A model generated the notes under the pieces. That model worked only from the letters and a program-made list of their open reading frames with translations. It had not been told where the DNA came from and did no database searches. Shown here in pieces: positions 40,261 to 48,225 of a DNA stretch of 53,549 nucleotides; the first letter of the stretch is position 1, and each line of letters starts with the position of its first letter. The stretch is taken from contig NIVC01002058.1 of NCBI GenBank assembly GCA_002269645.1, positions 1 to 53,549 of the forward strand, given 5' to 3'. The position numbers and the translations under genes were made by a program. This DNA comes from Macrostomum lignano (taxonomy: Eukaryota).

Positions 40261-40775
40261 AGTACAGCCGCACCGTGAACTGGCCAGTCGAGTCAGCCTA
40301 CCCGGACCTGAGCGCGCCCTCCGTGTCCACCATCCACTGCCACTGGACCCTCCGAGACGGGCACCTAATCAACCTACCTGCTATGCTATTGGTTCGCGAC
40401 GACATTATCTACGTTCGTCCCGGCAGCGCTTTCAACGTGCACTGCTGCGAGTTGCCCCAGCAACAACAGTCGGAACAGTTGGCTAGATCGTTCGAACCGG
40501 ATGATCGGTACATGCCAGTGCTGCCTGATCCAGCCAGACGGTCGCTCAGCAGGCCCGTGTCTCACCGGGTTCTGCCGCCGCTGCGCTGCCGCGTGAAGCT
40601 GACTCCGGCTGTGGATTTTGTTCGAGATTTTCTTAATCTGCACATTCGAGGCCGATCGGACTTGGACGCGCTGTTCGCCAGAGGCTGTCGGGCGTGTCTG
40701 GTCTGCGTGGGAGTCGCTTTTGCCGTGTGTTTGGTCGCCGCGCTGGCCAAACGGCACGTTATTGGGGAGGATTCG
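40261..40775 (+). CDS. TMEM94: TMEM94 exon 3
   Basis: YPDLSAP...HWTLRDGHLINLPAMLLVRDDIIYVRPG matches the TMEM94 YPDL..P....HW..RDGHLVNLP..LLV.GDII.LRPG pattern; donor GTAAGC. Confidence 0.93.
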
Positions 40776-41419
40776 GTAAGCTGTGCTGTAAGAGGGAGAG
40801 ATAAAGATTTCGAATTTTATGACCTAAGCGTTTATAGTTCTTTAATTTTTAGTATATAGGATATGTGTACTTTAGTGCATCTAAAAGTACTTTAGGGGAT
40901 TTTTACTATAGTGTAAAAGTACTCTTAGGCGGTGCGTACTTTAGATGAAAAGCACTTTTAAGGGACGTGTACTTTACTGCAAAAGTACTTTTAGGTTTCG
41001 TACTTTTCTGCAAAAGTACTTTCAGGTTTTTTACTTTACTGTAAAAGTACTTTTATGGGTTTTGTACTTTACTGTAAAAGTACTTTTACGGCATGTGTAC
41101 ATTCGTTCAAAAATATATTCGTGATATTTGTGCTTTATATTGTGTAAAAGCGTACTTTAATGGACATCCACTTATGATAGGTGTACTTAGTAGTACAGAT
41201 GCACTCAAGTGTACATGTACTTCTGTGTAGCTGCACTTTATTCTAGATGCACTACTGTAGTCTGGATGTACTTTTGACTTTGTCTCTTTAATTTAACTTC
41301 GATGTACTCTAGTTGGTGTACTTCAGGGTGAAGGTAAATGTGCTTTACACCAGGGTACTCCCAGTTGAAATGACGCAGACAAATTATTAAAGCTCTGCAC
41401 TTTTACTCTGCACTTTTAG

Positions 41420-41794
41420 GTGTCAGCAGCCTACGCGCTGGCCTTCCCCTGCCTGGCCACCCTCCCCATCCTGCTGCTGTCCTGCCCGCCAATGTGGCAC
41501 GCCCTGAACCTGTGGGAGCTGGCCAAAGCTCTGGTGCACGTGCACCGAACTTCTCTGGCTAGCGACGAGCTGCTTCGCCAGCCAGACAGGCCGCCATCGA
41601 TGGACAGCCTGACGGAGTCCATCGGCTCCCTGTCGGACCTGGACACCTGCGACACCACCGCTGCTGCCTCAATCGTTGCTGGCTGGCGAGACGCCTTGGC
41701 GAAGTTGATGTACCTGCTGACTGACAATGCGGAGGTGGACTGGAAGCTGGTGCACTCGTTTGGCACAATGTCCAGGCTGTGCTGCGCTGATAAG
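41420..41794 (+). CDS. TMEM94: TMEM94 exon 4
   Basis: TTTTAG acceptor; TM segment, then LVHSFGTMSRLCCADK|; donor GTGCGA. Confidence 0.92.
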
Positions 41795-41804
41795 GTGCGA
41801 CTTT

Positions 41805-42175
41805 GACTGCTCATAGTGCCAATTTGACTGATCATAATACCAATTTGACTGCTCATAGTGCCAATTTGACTGATCATAATACCAATTTGACTGCTCATAG
41901 TGCCAATTTGACTGATCATAATACCAATTTGACTGCTCATAGTGCCAATTTGACTGCTCATAATACCAATTTGACTGATCATACTTCTAATTTAACTACT
42001 CATAGTGCCAATCTGACTGTTCATAGTGCCAATCTGACTGCTCATAGTGACAATTTGACTGCTCATAGTGACAATTTGACTGCTCATAGTGACAATCTGA
42101 CTGCTCATAGTGACAATCTGACTGCTCATAGTGCCAATTTGACTGCTCATAGTGCCAATCTGACTGCTCATACCG
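41805..42175. repeat. 21-bp minisatellite (GACTGCTCATAGTGCCAATTT)n
   Basis: Fills nearly the whole intron. Confidence 0.95.
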
Positions 42176-42191
42176 CTTCGCCTGTCTTCAG

Positions 42192-42659
42192 GAGGGCATC
42201 CTCAGCCTGCCCATCCCGCTGCCAGACAAAGTCTGTTTCTTACGCCGCAAGCACCGTCACCGCAGCACGCCCGCCCAGCGCAAGAAGTCGGACATGAGCT
42301 TGCAGACCTCCGAGGCCAACAGCGCCCTGCTGGACACGGAGGCGCATATTCACGTCCTGGACGTTTCGCATGACCCGAAGATTGCCTACCGACTGGACTT
42401 TGACGATCCGCATTGGCGTCGGTTTTTGAAATCATTGAAGCCGCTGGGTCTGGCCATTCTGTTGAATAACTGCCACCCGTCTGCCAGGCCCAGCTATGAC
42501 GCTTTCGCTCATCACGTGACCGCCGTCACGCTGCCGGATGATCCGCGCGCTTGCGTTAATAAGCGGCGTTGCCTGTGCGACTTGGCGAGGCTGATCGGCT
42601 TCAAGGATGCGGCTCGGGACCCCTTCAGCCTGCAGTTCACGCTGGGCACCTATCAGCAG
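42192..42659 (+). CDS. TMEM94: TMEM94 exon 5
   Basis: EGILSLPIPLPDKVCFL...FDDPHWRRFLKSLKPLGLAILLNNC...RRCLCDLARLIGF. The donor (CAG|GTGGCT) is weak. Confidence 0.9.
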
Positions 42660-42704
42660 GTGGCTGCGGCATAGCGATGCTCTGTTTGAGTTTGCGATTT
42701 GGGT

Positions 42705-43244
42705 GCAGTGATTGATTGATTGATTGATTGATTTATTCCATTGATTGATTGATCGATTGATTGATTGAACTTGATTTTTGGATTGATTGATTGATTCTAT
42801 TGATTAATTTATTTATTCCATTGATTGATTGATTGATTGATTCTATTGATTAATTGGACTCGATTTATTGGATTGATTAATTGATTTATTTATTTATTAA
42901 TTGATTCAATTTATTGATTGATTGATTTTTTTATTCCATTAATTGATTGATTGATTAATTGAATTCGATTTATTGGATTGATTGAGTGATTGATTGATTC
43001 CATTAATTGATTGATTGATTGATTGATTGATTCTATTGATTAATTGGATTCGATTTATTGGATTAATTGATTGATTCTATTGATTAATTGGATTCGATTT
43101 ATTGGATTAATTGATTGATTCTATTGATTAATTGGATTCGATTTATTGGATTAATTGATTGATTCTATTGATTAATTGGATTCGATTTATTGGATTAATT
43201 GATTGATTGATTGATTCTATTGATTAATTGGATTCGATTTATTG

Positions 43245-43276
<32 letters not shown>

Positions 43277-43640
43277 CTATTGATTAATTGGATTCGATTG
43301 ATTGATTGATTGATTCTATTGATTAATTGGATTCGATTGATTGATTGATTGATTGAATTCGATTTATTGGATTGATTGATTGATTGATTGATTGATTCTA
43401 TTGATTAATTGGATTCGATTGATTGATTGATTGATTCTATTGATTAATTGGATTCCACTGATTGATTGATTTATTTATTTATTCCATTGATTGATTGAAT
43501 AATTGAATTTGATTTATTGATTGATTAATTGATTGATTGATTGATTGATTGATTAATTGATTCAATTTATTGATTGATTGATGAATTCAATGGATTGATT
43601 GATCGAATGATTGGTTGATTCGATTGACTGATTGCTTTGA
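42705..43640. repeat. (ATTG)n-derived simple repeat with ~31-bp higher-order units
   Basis: Visible array. Confidence 0.93.
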
Positions 43641-43846
43641 TTGACTCATTGACTCATTACATTGATTCCATTGGTGAACTAAAAAATTAGATACAATTGA
43701 TAAATCGTAAATTAAGTTTACATTTTATGATTCAATTGATTGATAATTTAGTTCAGTTGATTGCTTTATTGATTTTACGCTACTTGGGTATCTGTGCCGA
43801 CACACACCCGAGCGTATTAATCTAGTATGCCAATTGCACATTTCAG

Positions 43847-44053
43847 GCCAGCAAGGAGGACCAGGGCAAGGACCAGTTCTTGAGGCTGCTCAGCGCGCTC
43901 AGACAGAAGGCACCTGTCGGGCACACCTTCGGCTGCGCTGTGCAGCAGCGGCATCTGGGCGGGCAGTACTTTGTGCAGGGCTCGGCTGATGTGCTCGTGT
44001 CAGAGCTGTGTGCGGACTATTGGAATGGCAACTCTGTGTCTGCGCTCACTGAA
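43847..44053 (+). CDS. TMEM94: TMEM94 exon 6
   Basis: YFVQGSADVLVSELCADYWNGNSVSALTE matches the TMEM94 QGTAD....C.DFWDG..I.PL pattern. Confidence 0.9.
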
Positions 44054-44109
44054 GTACATTGGGGTGTGCTCTGGTGGATTGAGTAGGGTTACCAGCATGT
44101 CAAATTTGT

Positions 44110-45320
44110 TCTTGTAGGTTTGGTAGGGTTTATGGTAGGTTTGGTAGGGTTTATGGTAGGTTTGGTAGGGTTTATGGTAGGTTTTATGTTTCAATCAAGG
44201 CTTAGTAGGGTTTATGGTAGGTTTGGTAGTGTTTATGGTCGGTTTTATGTTTCCATCAAGGCTTCGTAGGGTTTATAGTAGGTTTGGTAGGGTTTATGGT
44301 AGGTTTTGTAGGGGTTATGGTAGGTTTTGTAGGGTTTATAGTAGGTTTGGTAGGTTTTATGTTTCAATCAAGGGTTGGTAGGGTTTATGGTAGGTTTAGT
44401 AGGGTTTCTGGTAGGTTTGGTAGGGTTTATGGTAGGTTTGGTAGGGTTTATGGTAGGTTTAGTAGGGTTTATGGTAGGTTTGGTAGGGTAGGGTTTATGA
44501 TAGGGTTTATAGTAATTCTGGTAGGTTTGGTAGGGTTTCTGGTAGGTTTGGTAGGGTTTATAGTAGGTTTAGTAGGGTTTCTGGTAGGTTTGGTAGGGTT
44601 TATGGTAGGTTTGGTAGGGTTTATGGTAGGTTTGGTAGGGTAGGGTTTATGGTAGGTTTAGTAGGGTTTATGGTAGGTTTGGTAGGGTTTCTGGTAGGTT
44701 TGGTAGGGTTTATGGTAGGTTTGGTAGGGTAGGGTTTTATGGTAGGGTTTGTAGTAATTCTGGTAGGGTTTATGGTAGGTTTGGTAGGGTTTCTGGTAGG
44801 TTTGGTAGGGTTTATGGTAGGGTTTGTAGTAATTCTGGTAGGGTTTCTGGTAGGTTTGGTAGGGTTTCTGGTAGGTTTGGTAGGGTTTATGGTAGGTTTG
44901 GTAGGGTTTATGGTAGGTTTGGTAGGGTTTATGGTAGGTTTGGTAGGGTAGGGTTTATGGTAGGTTTGGTAGGGTAGGGTTTATAGTAGGGTTTGTAGTA
45001 ATTCTGGTAGGGTTTCTGGTAGGTTTGGTAGGGTTTATGGTAGGGTTTGTAGTAATTCTGGTAGGGTTTCTGGTAGGTTTGGTAGGGTTTCTGGTAGGTT
45101 TGGTAGGGTTTATGGTAGGTTTAGTAGGGTTTCTGGTAGGTTTGGTAGGGTTTCTGGTAGGTTTGGTAGGGTTTCTGGTAGGTTTGGTAGGGTTTATGGT
45201 AGGTTTGGTAGGGTTTATGGTAGGTTTAGTAGGGTTTATGGTAGGTTTGGTAGGGTTTATGGTAGGTTTGGTAGGGTTTTTGGTAGGTTTATTAGGGTTC
45301 ATGGTAGGTTTGGTAGGTTT
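44110..45320. repeat. 21-bp G/T-rich minisatellite (GGTAGGTTTGGTAGGGTTTAT)n
   Basis: Visible array. Confidence 0.95.
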
Positions 45321-45423
45321 CCTAGGGCTTTGTAGGAAGTCGTTCGAGCTCAACTGAACTCAAACTCAACCCAGGAGTCTCAAATGCAGCCAACTGGCTC
45401 TCCGCTCCCCGCCCTTTACCCAG

Positions 45424-45969
45424 CTGGACCGCAAGCGCCTGCTCAACTTCTACAGCCGGCACAGCTACTCAAGCTATTGCGACGCATTCGCTTACACGCC
45501 CGTGCTCAACAAGATGTCGCCGGCAGGCGGCAGCGGCGATCGATGCGTCGAATTGCCGCCGTTCCGGCTGAGCTCAGAGGAGGCTGAGGATCCGCCCACG
45601 CCAATGCTGCTCAACACGCCTCTGTCAAGGACGTTCAGCGCTGAGACAACTTTGCATCGATCGTCCAATTTGTCCCTGACAGACGTAGACACCTGTCTGA
45701 GCATGCAGAGCGGCCAGGTGTTTCTAGGAATGGTGGCCTCCCAGTTCCAGGCCAACTCCGATGTTGTCAGGCTCATCGACCAGCTGGAGCTGGGCTGCAT
45801 CCGGTTCGTGTACTTTAGCGAGGAGAACGAACTGCGTAGCAGAGGATTCGCTGAACGTCTGGGACTCGAATCCGGCTGGAACTGTCACATCTCGCTGAGG
45901 AGCGACTCGTGCGGCGGCAGCAGGGCTACAGTGACCGCGGACAGGGAGCCGGTGCCCGCAGGCCTGACC
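45424..45969 (+). CDS. TMEM94: TMEM94 exon 7 (gene continues beyond the window, past the Polinton)
   Basis: LDRKRLLNFYSR...YCDAFAYTP...QVFLGMVASQFQA..DVVRLIDQL...CIRFVYFSEENELRSRGFAERLGLESGWNCHISL; donor GTGAGT. Exons 1-7 give 841 codons with no frameshift. Confidence 0.96.
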
Positions 45970-46034
45970 GTGAGTCTTGGGTTCCATTGGCTGAGGGTGT
46001 CTGGTCGGATGCGTGCGATTGGGTCAGTGGGGTT

Positions 46035-46223
46035 GGTCTGATCTGGGTCAATGGGATCAGTGTCTGAGTCAATGAGATCAGTGTCTGGGTCAATAGGATC
46101 AGTGTCTGGGTCAATGGGATCAGTGTCTGAGTCAATGGGATCAGTGTCTGGGTCAATGGGATCAGTGTTTGGGTCAATGGGATCAGTGTCTGGGTCAGTG
46201 GGATCAGTGTATGGGTCAATGGG
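46035..46223. repeat. 21-bp minisatellite (GGGTCAATGGGATCAGTGTCT)n, cut off by the Polinton
   Basis: The last unit stops at GGGTCAATGGG, where AGTAGT begins. Confidence 0.93.
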
Positions 46224-46233
46224 AGTAGTATAT

Positions 46234-46471
46234 ACGATACAAAATACCCAGCAAACCATTCTCACCATTGCAAACAATTTAACCCTTTATCAGTGTGAAA
46301 TGGCCTGTTTCCCTTCATTTTCGCTCGTCTTCACTTCGCTCAACTCGCTTCGCTCATCCTCGCTTCATTTCGGTCAAACAGGCCATTTCACACTTACAAC
46401 GATTAATTCTTTTTGAATGGTGAGAACACGCCCTCGTCGCTCGCTTTGGTTTGCTGGGTATTTTGTATCGT
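46234..46471. repeat. Nested inverted repeats at the element terminus
   Basis: Perfect stems: 46234-46258 with 46447-46471 (25 bp), 46259-46269 with 46416-46426 (11 bp), 46292-46310 with 46376-46394 (19 bp). Confidence 0.95.
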
Positions 46472-46589
46472 CAACGCTTCCAACTCTCTCCAACACACAC
46501 AAACTTTCTAGAACCCGTCGCACGCGCCGCAGGCGCGAAGGGTCGGAAAGAATAGAAGCTATTTATAGCCAGCTCACCTACCCACCCAA

Positions 46590-46687
46590 CATTCCATTTA
46601 GACCAGATTTTAGACCAAATTTTTGAAAACGAAAACCAAAACGATAGTCTAGTTTTGTTTGGTCTAAAATCTGGTCTAAATGGAATG
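46590..46687. repeat. 30-bp perfect inverted repeat with 38-nt spacer
   Basis: 46590-46619 CATTCCATTTAGACCAGATTTTAGACCAAA pairs with 46658-46687. Confidence 0.95.
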
Positions 46688-46727
46688 CAGACAATCTTTT
46701 TTCCTGTTACTAAAAATAGAACAAAAA

Positions 46728-47138
46728 ATGACACACGTTACACATATGCAAAATCTGAACGAATTGCAGGTAGGAGATCCAATTGAATACCGAGGTGAGG
46801 GACTTTTTGATTTGGTTGGAACAGCAGCAAATTTTGTTAAAGACAATATGGGGCTTATAGGACAAGCTGGCTCTGCAGCAGGCTCTATAACAAATGCTGT
46901 AAAAGGAGGAATTGAAGCAGCTAGAGCGGCAGAAGAACTAAAGAAATTGAGAGATTTTAACGATACCCTCTCACAGATAAAAGCAATAAAAGATTTGAAA
47001 TTAGCACAGGAAGCAACCCAAGCCGCACAACCAACAGAAACCCCCACGAAAAGCGCACCAATAAGTAATAAAGATATTCAGGATTTTAATAAAATGTTAA
47101 ATACTATTAAAGGTGGAAAAGGATTAAAGAAATTTTAA
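46728..47138 (+). CDS. Polinton virion protein candidate (pVI/cupiennin-like amphipathic protein)
   Basis: Likely start AAAAAATG at 46728 rather than 46680. GEG-LFDLVGTAANFVKDNMG amphipathic segment; adenain-type sites VKGG and IKGG; C-terminal KGLKKF. Functional call is inference. Confidence 0.55.
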   Translation: MTHVTHMQNLNELQVGDPIEYRGEGLFDLVGTAANFVKDNMGLIGQAGSAAGSITNAVKGGIEAARAAEELKKLRDFNDTLSQIKAIKDLKLAQEATQAAQPTETPTKSAPISNKDIQDFNKMLNTIKGGKGLKKF

Positions 47139-47148
47139 CAATATAAAA

Positions 47149-48142
47149 ATGGACTCAGTTAATGATGATGAAAACCGGTTATATTTTATAGGAGAAATTG
47201 TAGATACCTTAAATCTTGATGATAATAAGCAAACCCACACAATGTTAAAAAGATTGGATCGATTAGGTAAAAAGTTTGACTACGACATCGATACATTTAA
47301 ACTCGCAGCAAAATATGCACAAGAAGGAAGGCCAATATCCTTTAAGAATCGCGGCAGAAATTATAGGTTAACCGACTCCGATGTGAAATTTTTAATGGAG
47401 ACTCACACTAAAAAGGACGGCGGATTACTACCCATTCTACCGCTTCTTTTAGGACTTGGCGCAGCTGGAGCAGTCGGTTTAGCCGGAAAAAGAATTAATG
47501 ATAATGTAAAACAGCTAGGAGAGTTAAGAGCGAAACAGGGGGAATCTTGCCCTTGCAGCTTTGCTCCCAATAATTTTTGCAGGAATTGGAGCAGCTGGAG
47601 GAGTTGCTGGCGGAGCAGCTGGAATTGCAAAAGCAGTAAATGACAAAAAAGCTGCGGACGAAAAAGCTAAAAGAGAGGCCGAATATCAAAGACAGCAAAT
47701 AACGCAGGACGCACAATTCAAACAGAAACTTATTGATACCATTAATAGTAGTTCAGCAACAGCAGAGCAAAAAAGAAATGCAGAAGCTAGGTTAGCAGCT
47801 GGAAAAGGGTTAATACTAAAAGGATCAAATCATGGCAATGGTTTACTTTTACAAGGAACAACCCAAGGAAGCGGAGTTGTAGCAGATAAACTACATGAAT
47901 TTGGTCAAACTTTAGAAAAAACGGGTGAGAAAGCTAAAGGATTTTTTGACAATATTGGGGCTAATTTTAGGCCAGCAGTTCAGAAGATTTTTACTAAATT
48001 AGGAAAAGATTTTAACATAATTGAAAAGCATGATGGAAGCGGATTATATCTCGAAATGAGACCAAAAGCAGGTTCAGGAATTTTCTTAAATTCAAACGTT
48101 ATGGGCAATGGATTGCTGTTACCAAAAGCAGATCTCGAATAG
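47149..48142 (+). CDS. Polinton pX-like core/membrane protein, split by two 1-nt deletions
   Basis: ORFs 47149..47643 and 47561..48142 fuse (331 aa) if one A is added at ~47535 and one C at ~47552: KDGG-LLPILPLLLGLGAAG...KTGG-ILPLAALLPIIFAGIGAAGGVAGGAAGIAKAVNDKK, then six G[KNS]G[LVI] repeats. The GG-xLPxxxPxxAxxG..GGAAGIAKAVND motif is recalled as typical of Polinton pX-like proteins. Confidence 0.7.
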
Positions 48143-48225
48143 GCTCCTGGGGGAGGGTCTGGACACCAAAAACGCAAAATTAAAAAATCAATAATTCAAA
48201 CATTATATAAATTATATTCTATAAA

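Noticed and set aside
44110-45320. G-quadruplex array
   Set aside because: Mostly GG/GGG runs with only one GGG per unit, so at best two-tier; nothing beyond composition supports a function.
46680-46727. ORF-track start at 46680 for the first Polinton gene
   Set aside because: This ATG lies inside the palindrome arm; the ATG at 46728 has the AAAATG context shared by all other element genes.
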